DNA from: Candidatus Omnitrophota bacterium
GTDB lineage: Bacteria > Omnitrophota > Gorgyraeia > Gygaellales > Profunditerraquicolaceae
Length of the DNA stretch: 64,000 nt
Direction: 5' to 3'
Assembly: GCA_016208765.1 (NCBI GenBank)
Contig: JACQXK010000004.1
Location: 20,243-84,242, forward strand
Shown: positions 18,373 through 28,360 of the stretch, in pieces
Numbering within the stretch: position 1 is the first letter of the stretch
Layout of the letters: each line of letters begins with the position of its first letter
The notes under the pieces: model-generated
The model's input: the letters and a program-made list of their open reading frames with translations, nothing else
What the model was told of the DNA's origin: nothing
Databases searched by the model: none
Position numbers and translations under genes: made by a program

Positions 18373-18449
18373 TTTAATCTCCTCTTTTTTAAGTTGATGC
18401 TGGCATAATTATACCAAAGAAAGAAACAATAGCAACAGCAAAATTCAGG

Positions 18450-18839
18450 CTAAATTGGCAGGTATTTATTCTTCTTTTTAAGTATTTCGGCAACTTTTTC
18501 ACAAATAACATTGAAATTAGAAGGCTTAGGAATATAATCAAAGGCCCCTTCTTCTAAAATCTCAGAAGCAATTGACTGGCTGTCCCAAGCGCTCACCACA
18601 AGGATATCCGTGTCAGGATACAGCTCTTTCTTTTTTTTAATGATATCCGCTCCTGAGATTCCCGGCATTTTTATATCCAAAATTACCAAATCAAATTTAT
18701 CCTTATTTAGGCTCTCTATCGCAAGCCTGCCATTCGCTGCTTCAGTTATGCCACACTCCAAAGTAAGAGCAAGAATTTCTTTTAAAGTTGACCTTAACGC
18801 GTCATTATCTTCAACAATCAGGATCTTTGGTTTGTCCAT
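18450..18839 (-). CDS. Stand-alone response-regulator receiver (CheY-like)
   Basis: KILIVEDND...DLVILDIKMPGISG...K. No output domain. Confidence 0.8.
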   Translation of the reverse strand: MDKPKILIVEDNDALRSTLKEILALTLECGITEAANGRLAIESLNKDKFDLVILDIKMPGISGADIIKKKKELYPDTDILVVSAWDSQSIASEILEEGAFDYIPKPSNFNVICEKVAEILKKKNKYLPI

Positions 18840-19203
18840 CTCTCTTCCCCCTCAGGCATTCATTTACTGTTTCTAAAAGAATACTCAAATTTACTGGTTT
18901 GACCAATATTTTTAAACTATCCTTTTTAACAAATCCCAAGCCGGCATCTGTCCGCGCGTAACCTGTAAGAATTATAGCTGGAATATCAATTTTCTTCCTG
19001 GAAAGTTCTCTTAATAATCCCTCTCCGCCGATACCCGGCATACGCATATCTAAAATCAGCAAATCAGGTTTTTCTTTAGCCAAAATTTCTAAACCGGCCT
19101 CTGCATCCTGTGCAATCTTAACCATAAAACCGGCCTGTGTAAGAAATTCATCAATGACCTTGAGTATCTCAATCTCGTCATCAACCGCAAGAATTTTATA
19201 CAT
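18811..19203 (-). CDS. Stand-alone response-regulator receiver (CheY-like)
   Basis: KILAVDDEIEIL...DLLILDMRMPGIGG. No output domain. Confidence 0.8.
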   Translation of the reverse strand: MYKILAVDDEIEILKVIDEFLTQAGFMVKIAQDAEAGLEILAKEKPDLLILDMRMPGIGGEGLLRELSRKKIDIPAIILTGYARTDAGLGFVKKDSLKILVKPVNLSILLETVNECLRGKRDGQTKDPDC

Positions 19204-20785
19204 TTGCCTTTGCCTCTATCGGCACAAACACGCTGACCGTTGTCCCTTGACCGATTTTACTGCGTATCTTTATATCTCCGCCATGCGCCCTGATTATCCC
19301 CGCGCAAACAGAGAGCCCAAGGCCCGTGCCTTTTTCTTTGGTCGTGAAAAACGGGTCAAAAATCTTTAATAAATTCTCATCAGGGATACCGCTTCCCGTA
19401 TCTGTAACATCTACCTGAATATTAGCGCCGTTAAATGAAGTGATTACCGTAACAAAGCCTCCCTCCGGCATAGCTTCGCTGGCATTATTTAAAAGATTCA
19501 TAAAAATTTCCTGCATATGTTTTTCATCAACTTTAGCGGCGGGAAGATTTTTATCGTATGAACGCATTATTTTAACATTCTTCAATTTGTATTGGTGTTC
19601 AACTAAATTAATGGTATTCTCCACCACATCATTAATATTAAGCAATGTCATTTCGCCTTTGCTTGGCTTTGAAAACATTAACAACCGGTCAATGATTGTT
19701 TTGGCTCGGTCGCATTGTTCCATTATCAATTTCAGGTTATTCTCTATGCCTTGATTATTTACCCCCAACATTAAAGAAAGCTGCGCCCTCCCGTAAATTA
19801 CCATCAAAGGGTTGTTTACTTCGTGCGCCATATCGGAGACAAGCTTGCCAAGCTGGGCCAGCCTCTGGGAATTTTCAATCTTTTTACGCTCGGTAATATC
19901 CCGGGTTACACCCAGAAATCCGAGAGCAATATTTTCTTCATTGCGGATAAAAACTGCCTTGACCTCGCCTAAGACCAAATGACCGTCTTTATGCATCAAC
20001 CCGACCTCAAGAGTTTTCATTCTCTTTAAATCTTTTTCCGGGAGATTCTCTTTTTCCACTTCCTCAAGAAAAGCCTTCTTAATACTTTCTGCCGAACCGG
20101 GAGAAAGCATCTTCTCTATGCCCATTGCCAAAGATTCTTCAATGGTATAGCCTAATAAAGAAGTAATTGCCGGGCTAATATAAGTATAATGCAATGAAAG
20201 ATCTGATGTCCAAATAACATCACTGGCATTTTCAGCAAGCAGGCGGTATTTTTTTTCACTTTCTGCAAGGGCTTGTTCGGCTTTTCTGCGCTTGATTATA
20301 CCGGCTAAAACATTTGCCACTGAATTAAGAAGATCTATTTTATACTGTTCCCGTATGCTGCCGGCTTTAATATAAAGATTGATTACCCCTAAAATCTGTC
20401 CGTCGGAAAGTATGGGCACACAATAATGCCCGTGAGGCATGATTCCGGGAGTTACATTTTCATGGCGCTCATCAACACAATCCGCAAATACAATTTCTTT
20501 TGAAGCCGCAGCTCTGCCGCAAAGGCACCTGCCAAAAGGCAGATAACAGCATACTTTCTGCAATTCATTGCTTAAACCTCTCACTGCCTTCATAACCAGG
20601 ACTTCAGGGTTTTCTTCTACGAGAAAAATTGCCCCTTTTGATTCAAGAGAGAGCCACGAAATGGAAACTATCACATCAATGGTCTTCTCAAGCATCTCTT
20701 TAAGCGTAATGTTCTCTAAGGAGATCCCGATTATTTGATAAAGGATTTCGTGGACTTGGCAAATCTGAGGATTTTCTTGTTCCAT
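19196..20785 (-). CDS. Cytoplasmic sensor histidine kinase (GAF-PAS-HisKA-HATPase)
   Basis: H-box HEVNNPL and GTGLGLSVC G2 box. N-terminal GAF-like and PAS-like regions. No TM segments. Confidence 0.8.
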   Translation of the reverse strand: MEQENPQICQVHEILYQIIGISLENITLKEMLEKTIDVIVSISWLSLESKGAIFLVEENPEVLVMKAVRGLSNELQKVCCYLPFGRCLCGRAAASKEIVFADCVDERHENVTPGIMPHGHYCVPILSDGQILGVINLYIKAGSIREQYKIDLLNSVANVLAGIIKRRKAEQALAESEKKYRLLAENASDVIWTSDLSLHYTYISPAITSLLGYTIEESLAMGIEKMLSPGSAESIKKAFLEEVEKENLPEKDLKRMKTLEVGLMHKDGHLVLGEVKAVFIRNEENIALGFLGVTRDITERKKIENSQRLAQLGKLVSDMAHEVNNPLMVIYGRAQLSLMLGVNNQGIENNLKLIMEQCDRAKTIIDRLLMFSKPSKGEMTLLNINDVVENTINLVEHQYKLKNVKIMRSYDKNLPAAKVDEKHMQEIFMNLLNNASEAMPEGGFVTVITSFNGANIQVDVTDTGSGIPDENLLKIFDPFFTTKEKGTGLGLSVCAGIIRAHGGDIKIRSKIGQGTTVSVFVPIEAKANV

Positions 20786-20917
20786 AATAGGCCCCTCTTA
20801 ATCCATTGATTTAGCTGGAATAGCGCGGCCCTAAAAACCACGTTTATAAAATACATGATTATCAGGGCCGCTAAAGAAATTCATTTCAAGAACCTTAAAG
20901 CTAACAGCAAACAAGAT

Positions 20918-21133
20918 TTATTCTTTTGCAATCGCAAATGTAATTAACGCTGCAAGAATAAGAAACGGCCCTGCGCAGGCCTTAATCATAAACCAGGTAT
21001 ACCCCCACCACATCCTGCCGATTAACAAATAGCCCCCAAGAATCAAAAGGACCAAGCCTAAAATAACTTTAAACATTCCTGAAACCCCTTTGCCACAGCA
21101 CTTCTTTTGCTCTTGCTTAATTTCTTCCGCCAT
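20918..21133 (-). CDS. Small membrane protein (hypothetical)
   Basis: The internal ATG at 21133 is preceded by AAGGAGG. It has two hydrophobic helices. The longer ORF to 21190 overlaps the upstream gene. Confidence 0.35.
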   Translation of the reverse strand: MAEEIKQEQKKCCGKGVSGMFKVILGLVLLILGGYLLIGRMWWGYTWFMIKACAGPFLILAALITFAIAKE

Positions 21134-21147
21134 TTCTTCCTCCTTGT

Positions 21148-22059
21148 TTAATGAGCTTCTGTTTTCCATCTTCTGTGCACCCAGCCCCACTCAGCCGGAT
21201 ACCTCCGGATATACTCCTCAATTACATTTGTTAAACGCTGAATATTTATCGCCACTGTTTCCTGCGCCGTGGCTGCTTCTTCTAATTTTATTTCCGGGGC
21301 AAAAATTATTTTATGCGTATCATCGGGCTGACGGACAATAAAACAAGGCAAGAGGCTTGCCTTGGTGCGCTGGGCCAAAACTACCGGCCCTGTTGCCGTG
21401 GCAGCTTTTTTGCCGAAGAAATCCACAAAGATCCCCCCTGTTCCAAAATTCTGGTCAATAGGGATAAAAACGATTTCATTATTACGCAGGGCCTCAATAG
21501 TTTTATTTACACAAGCAATGCGCGGCTGGCTATAAATGGTCCTGATCCCCAAACGATTACGCTTTCTTAAAAACATTTTTTCTACACGCTCGTCGTGCAT
21601 TGGCCGCATAATGCCGCCGGTCTTATAACCTTCAAGGCTAAGCCTTGCCATTAACAACGGAAAATTACCAAAATGAGCGCTGACTAAAATTACCCCTTTG
21701 CCTCTGTTTAATGCGTTATCAAGAATTTGCCTGTCGCAAAAACCTACCCGCTCCTTAAGCAATAGCGGCTTGTCCATTAAAAAAAGAAGTTCAATTGCTC
21801 CTTTTGCCATATAAGAAAAACAGTCCCGGGCAATTTTTTCTCTCTCTTCTTTTGTCTTCTCTTTGCCAAAAGCAATCTCAAGGCTCTCTAAGGCAATTTT
21901 ACGCTGGCGCTTGGCAAAACGATATCCCAAAGAACTAATCCCGCGGGCAAAGGCATAAAGATAACCCGAAGGAATGAATCTTACCATAAAAGAACTTAAG
22001 TTCAACCCGGCCCAGCCAAAAAAACGGCTGATATTCTTCTTAATTTTCTTGCGATCCAT
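21148..22059 (-). CDS. LpxL/HtrB-family lipid A (Kdo2-lipid IVA) acyltransferase
   Basis: N-terminal anchor. VILVSAHFGNFPLL matches the HX4D-like acyltransferase region typical of the LpxL family. Confidence 0.6.
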   Translation of the reverse strand: MDRKKIKKNISRFFGWAGLNLSSFMVRFIPSGYLYAFARGISSLGYRFAKRQRKIALESLEIAFGKEKTKEEREKIARDCFSYMAKGAIELLFLMDKPLLLKERVGFCDRQILDNALNRGKGVILVSAHFGNFPLLMARLSLEGYKTGGIMRPMHDERVEKMFLRKRNRLGIRTIYSQPRIACVNKTIEALRNNEIVFIPIDQNFGTGGIFVDFFGKKAATATGPVVLAQRTKASLLPCFIVRQPDDTHKIIFAPEIKLEEAATAQETVAINIQRLTNVIEEYIRRYPAEWGWVHRRWKTEAH

Positions 22060-22136
22060 TACAGAATTATAACAAAATAAAAATTAAAATTAAAGTGGTT
22101 TGTATTTTCATTAGTGTTTAAGTTGAGAGGCTTCAC

Positions 22137-22622
22137 TTATAATTTATAACCTATTTTGCGAAGCAACCCTTTACGCCACGAAATATCAGTTTCTTCTTCA
22201 ATCCCTTTTGGCTTTGCTCCATCCACCACGCCCAGCACCCCGCGCGCTCCGTCGGTATTCTCTGCCACAACCACCTCAACCTGATTAGCAGTTGCACAAA
22301 AGATATTGCACACCTCGGGTATATTCTTAATGGCATTTAAAACATTTATCGGATAGGCGTTGCGCAAAAAAATAATAAAGGTGTGGCCTGCGCCGATCTC
22401 TAAGGCGTTCTCCGCGGCTAGATTTTTTAATTCCAAATCAGTGCCCTCACACCTAACCTTGCATGCTCCTGATGACTCCACAAACGCTAAACCAAATTTT
22501 ATGCCAGGGACATTATTTACCAACACCTCATACAAGTCCTCAACCGTTTTAATAAAATGGCTCTGCCCGAGAATCAAATTTATTTCTTCAGGCTTTTTAA
22601 TTTTAAAAGATTTGATCTCCAT
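22137..22622 (-). CDS. Conserved small protein, possibly of the 'adenosine-specific kinase' family
   Basis: Pattern [14 protein letters not shown]...[14 protein letters not shown]...[23 protein letters not shown] recalled from that family. Identification is from memory only. Confidence 0.3.
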   Translation of the reverse strand: MEIKSFKIKKPEEINLILGQSHFIKTVEDLYEVLVNNVPGIKFGLAFVESSGACKVRCEGTDLELKNLAAENALEIGAGHTFIIFLRNAYPINVLNAIKNIPEVCNIFCATANQVEVVVAENTDGARGVLGVVDGAKPKGIEEETDISWRKGLLRKIGYKL

Positions 22623-22648
22623 TACCGCTCCTCTTGTTCAAAATGTAA

Positions 22649-24100
22649 CTACTTTATCTCTATCTTTCTAAAGGCAGTGGCATCCACGGGAACCTTACCG
22701 CCATAGGCCCTAAGCGAAGTTAAAATAAAATCAGGATTACCCAATAATTCCAAGGGCAGCCGCAGAATAAGCGCATGCTTATTCACCTCAACGCTTACGC
22801 CCGTAGAAGGAACCACCCTACCTTTATTGATTATTTTGACTTGATTATACTGGGTAAGGATGCGGATCTTAGGCATTTTTTCAAAAGGGGTTTTGTTGCT
22901 AAACCCGAAAAGAAGAAGCGCTACCTTAAACCTGCGGCTGATATTCTCCTCTTTTTCAACACGCACCAATAAATTATTATCTACAACCGCGTAGCTAACC
23001 TGGCCCTGATCATCAACTAAATCATCCAGCCGGCCCAAAGAAGCGCTCTCTGAATCAGAATACATTTTAGAAAAACCAAGAAATGAAATCGCCTTCTCTT
23101 TCAGGCTCATCTGTCTTGACAAAGTAATCTCTGAATATTTTGAAAATAATTCATTCCTGCGCACAAATGACAGCAAATAAAAGGCGCTTGACTTTGTTTG
23201 ACTCTTATAGCAAAGCATTGCCTTATGCTTTTGTTCAACCTCATCAGGGCTAAGCCCCAGGTCATACCAAGACAAGTCTTGGCTCAAAAGATTTTCCGGA
23301 GGCGTTAAGCTCATCTCAGGATGATAATGGCGCGGAAGAGGCCATCCGGCGTGATGAACCAAATAAGGATAAACCTTTGGAACAGGAATTTTATCTTTTA
23401 ATTCCCACAGGGCAACTTCACAAAATAAATAGCATGCCTTGTGGTCACCATTTGTGTCAGCAGGATGCGAAACAAATATTTTATCAGGCTTATAATCCTG
23501 AATAATTTGCTTGAAATCCTTTAAAATACTCTCACCAGTATAAGGAGAACCATACGAATAGTTATTCTTGTACGGTACCGAAGTAACGCGGGTAAGCAAA
23601 CTTTTAAACGGTTTCAAGCTTTGCCAATATCTGTTAAAAATAGCCAATGTCCCAAAATCAGGGTAACCCAGAAAAACCAGGTTGTTTTCCTTAAGGCCCA
23701 ATAATTTCATCGCCGCAACCGCTTCTTTCCGACGCACCTCCCCCATATGCAAGAATTCGCCCTTTCTTAGCGTCAGCCTTTTTTCATAAACAATAAAAGC
23801 AAGTTGATTATGGTCGCCGTTAGTTAAATAAACAACCTTGATCTCGGCCCCGGCCTTAAGCGCATGCTGGATAACCCCTGCGCAGCCAATGGTTTCATCA
23901 TCAGGATGCGGAGCAAAAATAAGGACACGCTCGCCTTTTTTAAACGGCTCAAGCTCAAAAATCTGGGCCTTTGGGCTAATGGTATCGGCTATAATTGAGG
24001 TGGAACTCAAAATAGCTGAAAATATAAAAATTATAAAAATTATTCGTCTCAAGATTCTCCTTACTGTTCTTATTACATTTAGGTAAGTGAATTTTAACAA
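22649..24100 (-). CDS. PIG-L/LmbE-family N-acetylglucosaminyl deacetylase with an uncharacterised C-terminal domain
   Basis: Signal/TM at the N-terminus. ERVLIFAPHPDDETIGCAG...YLTNGDH is the LmbE zinc motif. Confidence 0.7.
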   Translation of the reverse strand: MLKFTYLNVIRTVRRILRRIIFIIFIFSAILSSTSIIADTISPKAQIFELEPFKKGERVLIFAPHPDDETIGCAGVIQHALKAGAEIKVVYLTNGDHNQLAFIVYEKRLTLRKGEFLHMGEVRRKEAVAAMKLLGLKENNLVFLGYPDFGTLAIFNRYWQSLKPFKSLLTRVTSVPYKNNYSYGSPYTGESILKDFKQIIQDYKPDKIFVSHPADTNGDHKACYLFCEVALWELKDKIPVPKVYPYLVHHAGWPLPRHYHPEMSLTPPENLLSQDLSWYDLGLSPDEVEQKHKAMLCYKSQTKSSAFYLLSFVRRNELFSKYSEITLSRQMSLKEKAISFLGFSKMYSDSESASLGRLDDLVDDQGQVSYAVVDNNLLVRVEKEENISRRFKVALLLFGFSNKTPFEKMPKIRILTQYNQVKIINKGRVVPSTGVSVEVNKHALILRLPLELLGNPDFILTSLRAYGGKVPVDATAFRKIEIK

Positions 24101-24179
24101 GAATGAGCCTTGGTGTCAATTATAATTCTCTAAAGCTAACTAAATCAGGAGATAAAAATGGAAGGTTATTAAGAAAAAT

Positions 24180-24258
24180 AAAAAAGGTAAAGGGAAATTT
24201 ATTTTGCTTTTTGTATTGGGCATTGCCTGCCCGCTGGTAGTTTCCCTTTACCTTTTTT
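24180..24258 (-). terminator. Long-stem hairpin terminator (18-bp perfect inverted repeat)
   Basis: AAAAAAGGTAAAGGGAAA-43 nt-TTTCCCTTTACCTTTTTT, followed on the minus strand by a U-rich tract. The loop contains an inner GGGCA/TGCCC hairpin. Confidence 0.5.
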
Positions 24259-24378
24259 GTATCAACAAACCTCAAAGAAAGTATAACATATCAGCTTGAA
24301 TTTTCAAGAGGAAGTGATAAAAAATATGTTTCATGTAACTACTTTGCTGCCAAAGAGTTATATTCTGGATAAAATCTG

Positions 24379-24792
24379 TTATTTTCCAATAATCTTAAAT
24401 GAAACAAAAGCCTTATCACTTTTCTCTCCGCCATAAGAAATCTGGCGCAGGCATATTGTATAAACCTGGCCTTGCTCAAAAGTTTCGGCCTTAATTAAAA
24501 GAAAGTTTTTGTCTGAAGGGGCATTTTCTGAAAACATCAACCCCGACTCATACATATTATAACCTTTGTACAATTTAAGTTCAAAATGATCTACTTCAGC
24601 CGGCTTTAAGCTGATCCATTTACACTCAAGGCTGTCTTTCCCCGTTAAATCAACTTCATCAGAACGCGGTATGATTATTTCCGGAGCCGGAGGCGCTTCA
24701 AAAGGAAACCTCTCAAATCCGCTTGCGAATCCGGATACCGTTACTAAAAAGAAACTAAAGAAACTAAAACATACAAACACAACCTTTTTCAT
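24379..24792 (-). CDS. Small secreted hypothetical protein
   Basis: Signal peptide MKKVVFVCFSFFSFFLVTVSGFASG. Its stop overlaps the start of the M48 protease gene. Confidence 0.4.
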   Translation of the reverse strand: MKKVVFVCFSFFSFFLVTVSGFASGFERFPFEAPPAPEIIIPRSDEVDLTGKDSLECKWISLKPAEVDHFELKLYKGYNMYESGLMFSENAPSDKNFLLIKAETFEQGQVYTICLRQISYGGEKSDKAFVSFKIIGK

Positions 24793-25883
24793 TTCATCCT
24801 CCTTGCCATTTCAATACGCTCGTCTATAGGCGGGTGGTCAAAAAAGAAGAATTTAATTATTGGGTTTGGCTTTCGGTCAGCCAAGTTCTGGGAAGCCAGC
24901 TTTTCCATCATTGAAATAAATGCTTCTTTGTTTTGGGTTACCTCAACAGCCATCTTATCGGCATTTCTTTCCATTAAGCGGCTCAGGAAGTTACCTAATG
25001 GCTCCATCACAAAACCAAAGATAACAAAATATAGAAAAACTAACGGCAAAGCCGCTATTTCCGACAAGGAAGAAAAACCAAAAAAGCCCAATACAAAATT
25101 GTTACTCCTAAAAATGATAAAAAAACAAATCAATGTCACCAAAGAATTTGCCAGGATCAGCTTAAAAAGATGCTTCATTTTGTAATGCGCAAACTCGTGA
25201 GCTAAAATCGCCTCAATTTCATCATGGGTATATTTATCTTTTAAAGTATCTGCTAAAATTACGCGCCGCGTTGACCCCCAGCCGACAAAGGCGGCATTTG
25301 CCTTTAAGGTCTTTTTGCTGAAATCTATTTCAAAACAATTTAAAATACTTATTCTCATTTTTTCTCCGAGCTTCATAATCCTTAAGCGCAAAGGCTCATC
25401 AGTAAGCTGCTTATATTTAAAAAATAGCGGTATAATAACCACCGGAAGAAGTTTTGCAAAAATAAAATTAAAACAAATCCAGAACAAAGACACCCACAAC
25501 CACCACGCCCCGGGGCTAAGGTGCAAAATAATATAAAAAGAACCAACCAGGATCAGGGAAACTAAATACGAAATAATCCCTGATTTTAGCTGATCCAGTA
25601 TCCAGTCGCTAATTTTTTGCGATGAAAGCGAGAATTTATGCTCAAGGGTAAAACTGCGGTAGAAATTTAATGGCAGGGAAACAAAATAATAGATCAGTAA
25701 AGCAAAAAAAAGATATAACGCCAAAACTAAAAAACCATTTACAGAAATTACCTCAATAGCTGAGGTTAAAGAACGTGAAAACCCTGCTTTTAGAAAAACA
25801 AAAAGAAAGATAACTAAAAGCAGGATATCCAGGATTGCGCAAGTATATTTAAGATTTGAGTACTTTTTTGCTTGGCTCAACAT
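24789..25883 (-). CDS. M48-family zinc metalloprotease (HtpX/Ste24-like), membrane-bound
   Basis: The HEFAHYKMKH HExxH motif, the downstream ERNADKMA motif and an N-terminal multi-TM region. Start chosen at the second Met (25883) because the longer ORF (to 25955) overlaps rpmA by 107 bp. Confidence 0.7.
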   Translation of the reverse strand: MLSQAKKYSNLKYTCAILDILLLVIFLFVFLKAGFSRSLTSAIEVISVNGFLVLALYLFFALLIYYFVSLPLNFYRSFTLEHKFSLSSQKISDWILDQLKSGIISYLVSLILVGSFYIILHLSPGAWWLWVSLFWICFNFIFAKLLPVVIIPLFFKYKQLTDEPLRLRIMKLGEKMRISILNCFEIDFSKKTLKANAAFVGWGSTRRVILADTLKDKYTHDEIEAILAHEFAHYKMKHLFKLILANSLVTLICFFIIFRSNNFVLGFFGFSSLSEIAALPLVFLYFVIFGFVMEPLGNFLSRLMERNADKMAVEVTQNKEAFISMMEKLASQNLADRKPNPIIKFFFFDHPPIDERIEMARRMK

Positions 25884-26097
25884 TGACAAACGTGCGGAAT
25901 TTTCCGTGACTGGTTTTTTTGCGGCTAAAATTAACTGTGCCGTCGCAAAGCGCAAATATCGTGCCTTGCCCTCTGGTATTTAAGCCAGTTTTATAAGTGT
26001 TGATGCCGCGGATAAGGATCTGCCCGGTCTTTACGGTTTGGCCGCAAGCCACTTTTACAGCTTTATCCTTTTTTGGGGTAGAAAAACCACCTGTCAT
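25849..26097 (-). CDS. rpmA: 50S ribosomal protein L27
   Basis: MTGGFSTPKKDKAVKVACGQTVKTGQILIRGINTYKTGLNTRGQGTIFALCDGTVNF aligns with the L27 core (GG.S...D...RLGVK..GG..V..G.II.RQRGT...G.NVG.G.D.T.FAL.DG.V.F). An AAGGAGG SD lies 5 nt upstream of the ATG at 26097. It forms the 3' part of the track ORF 25849..26211. Confidence 0.8.
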   Translation of the reverse strand: MTGGFSTPKKDKAVKVACGQTVKTGQILIRGINTYKTGLNTRGQGTIFALCDGTVNFSRKKTSHGKFRTFVNVEPSKKVLKS

Positions 26098-26167
26098 GAC
26101 GCCCTCCTTAAAATTATTATCGTCTGTTATTAAGTTTGCTTGAGTTGTAAATAATAGCACAAAATCA

Positions 26168-27562
26168 TCAATCAAGCAAGACTTCTTCATCCTTTTGCGG
26201 CAGGTAAACATTAAGCCCCTTTTGGGCTAAGGTCTCATATAAAGCCTGGCTCTCGTCCAAATCCCCATGCACAAGAAAAATACGCTTTAAAGGAAGGCAC
26301 GCGCCTACAAAATCCACCAGCTCATTCCTGTCCGCATGCCCGGAAAAAGAATTGATAATCACCACCTCGGCGTTTAACTCATGCTCAATACCAAAGATAC
26401 GCACCACCGGCAGGCGCTCAACAATTCTCCTGCCCAGGGTGTCCTTGGCCATATACCCAACCACCAAAATGGTATTGCGGGAATCCTCCATATTATTCTT
26501 TAAATGGTGCAGGATCCTCCCGGACTCGCACATTCCGCTTCCGGCAATAATGATCATCGGCCTCTTTTCAAGATTCAAGGCCTTGGAATCCCTTTGTTCA
26601 CGGACAAACCTGAGGTTCAATAATTCAAAGGGGCTTGCGCCTGAAGAAATCGCCAACTGGCTTTTTTCATTCAAGAAACTTGCATGATGCTTAAATAATC
26701 CCGTGATATCAATGGCCAAAGGGCTGTCCACATAAATGGGTATTGAAGGGATCGCTTTTTCTTTTAAGAGCTCATTCAGGAAATAGAGCACTTCCTGTGT
26801 GCGCTCCAAGGCAAAAGAAGGAATCAGGATTTTCCCATTGCGCTCAACCGTACGCCTTATCGCCTCTCTTAGTTTAATTTTAGCTTCCTGTATGGGCGCG
26901 TGCAGCCGCATGCCATAAGTACTTTCTAATATAAGGTAATCCAGTCCCTTTGGCACATGCGGGTCATTTAAAAACGGCAGGTTTTTTCTTCCCAGATCAA
27001 CGGCATATCCTACCCGGATCTCTTTGTTTTCACAAAGAATATCTAAAACTGCAATTCCCGAACCAAGAATATGCCCGGCGTCAAACAAAGTAACAAATAT
27101 ATCCTTAGCAATACAAAATCTCTGCCGGTAAGAAATTGAACGAAACCTGTGAGTAGCTTGGCTTGCTTCATTTTTGGTATAGAGCGGCTTACGAAGCGGC
27201 AGGCCTAATCTTTTGTTAATTTTATTTACATAGCGCACATCTTCTTCCTGAATCTTACCGGAATCCTCCAGCATCAATTTACAAAGATCCTTGGTGGCAG
27301 AAGTGGTGTAGACCTTGCAACGCAGGCCTTTTTTTATTAGGCTCGGGATGTTTCCGGAGTGGTCAATGTGCGCATGCGATAAAACCAGTGCCTTAATAAT
27401 ACGCGGATTAAAAGTAAAAGTGGTGTTACGGGCGTAAAACTCATCACGCCTGCCCTGATAAAGCCCTCCATCTAAAAGAATATCCGATTTATCCGTAGAA
27501 ATAAGGTGGCTTGAACCGGTAACCGTCCTTACTCCTCCTAAAAACTTGATCTTTGCCGGCAT
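26168..27562 (-). CDS. Metallo-beta-lactamase-fold beta-CASP ribonuclease (RNase J/CPSF-like)
   Basis: HxHxDH motif LVLSHAHIDHSG. Its 464-aa length and downstream His/Asp motifs fit the beta-CASP family. Confidence 0.65.
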   Translation of the reverse strand: MPAKIKFLGGVRTVTGSSHLISTDKSDILLDGGLYQGRRDEFYARNTTFTFNPRIIKALVLSHAHIDHSGNIPSLIKKGLRCKVYTTSATKDLCKLMLEDSGKIQEEDVRYVNKINKRLGLPLRKPLYTKNEASQATHRFRSISYRQRFCIAKDIFVTLFDAGHILGSGIAVLDILCENKEIRVGYAVDLGRKNLPFLNDPHVPKGLDYLILESTYGMRLHAPIQEAKIKLREAIRRTVERNGKILIPSFALERTQEVLYFLNELLKEKAIPSIPIYVDSPLAIDITGLFKHHASFLNEKSQLAISSGASPFELLNLRFVREQRDSKALNLEKRPMIIIAGSGMCESGRILHHLKNNMEDSRNTILVVGYMAKDTLGRRIVERLPVVRIFGIEHELNAEVVIINSFSGHADRNELVDFVGACLPLKRIFLVHGDLDESQALYETLAQKGLNVYLPQKDEEVLLD

Positions 27563-27567
27563 AGAAT

Positions 27568-28248
27568 TTAATCCCGAGAGCTGATTTTAAAAACTACCAT
27601 GATAACTAAAACCACGTAAATCAGGCTGACATACATCAAAATCCTGTTATCCTGAAAATATCCGATGATGGCCACAGGATTGGTTAAAATATTCTTACCC
27701 ACTCCGTAAAGAACCGACTGGACCCAAAACATCTTTAAAGGAGAGCCGAGGATCACCGCCAAAAAATACCGGGTAAATTTAATCCTTGTTAATCCGGCGG
27801 CTAAATCCATAAAACGGTAGGGGATTAATGGTGCGGCCCTAAAAATAAACAACCAGATAAAACTGATCCTGCCCAATTTCTCATCAAGATGGCGGTACTT
27901 TTCAGCTACCCTTTTTTCCACAAATCCTCTTCCGAAGCGCCGAGCAAGATAAAATAGAATATATGCATTTATTGCCTCGGAAATACAAATTAGAACTGTG
28001 CTATATCCGGGCCCGAAGAACAAAGCGCCGGTAAGCCAAAACACATCTTTAGAGAAAAATATAAAAAAACTGACAATAACATACAGAAAGACATAGATAA
28101 TACTGCTGTAAAACAGAGGAAATGCGCGCAGCGAGTTTATAATTGTATCCGGATCAAGGCGCAGCGACCTGCCTGCATACCAAACCCAGAATAAAACAAT
28201 TATCAAAACAAAAAACTCAATTTCATGCCGGTGTTTTCTAATATTCAT
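27568..28248 (-). CDS. DedA/TVP38/TMEM64-family membrane protein
   Basis: Polytopic protein. The YLARRFGRGFVEKR and PLIPYRFMDLAAGLTRI pattern is typical of the family. Confidence 0.5.
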   Translation of the reverse strand: MNIRKHRHEIEFFVLIIVLFWVWYAGRSLRLDPDTIINSLRAFPLFYSSIIYVFLYVIVSFFIFFSKDVFWLTGALFFGPGYSTVLICISEAINAYILFYLARRFGRGFVEKRVAEKYRHLDEKLGRISFIWLFIFRAAPLIPYRFMDLAAGLTRIKFTRYFLAVILGSPLKMFWVQSVLYGVGKNILTNPVAIIGYFQDNRILMYVSLIYVVLVIMVVFKISSRD

Positions 28249-28360
28249 AAGCGGTTTATTGGTAATCAGAGTAGAATTTTTCTTACTTCATCATATTTCA
28301 AAATCATTATAATAAAAGGGGTTGTGGTTGTAAAGACAAATAAAGCTTAATAATATATGG

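Noticed and set aside
25884-25955. Longest-ORF start of the M48 protease at 25955
   Set aside because: It would overlap rpmA by 107 bp, and rpmA has strong homology and SD support. The internal Met at 25883 was preferred, although the true start remains uncertain.
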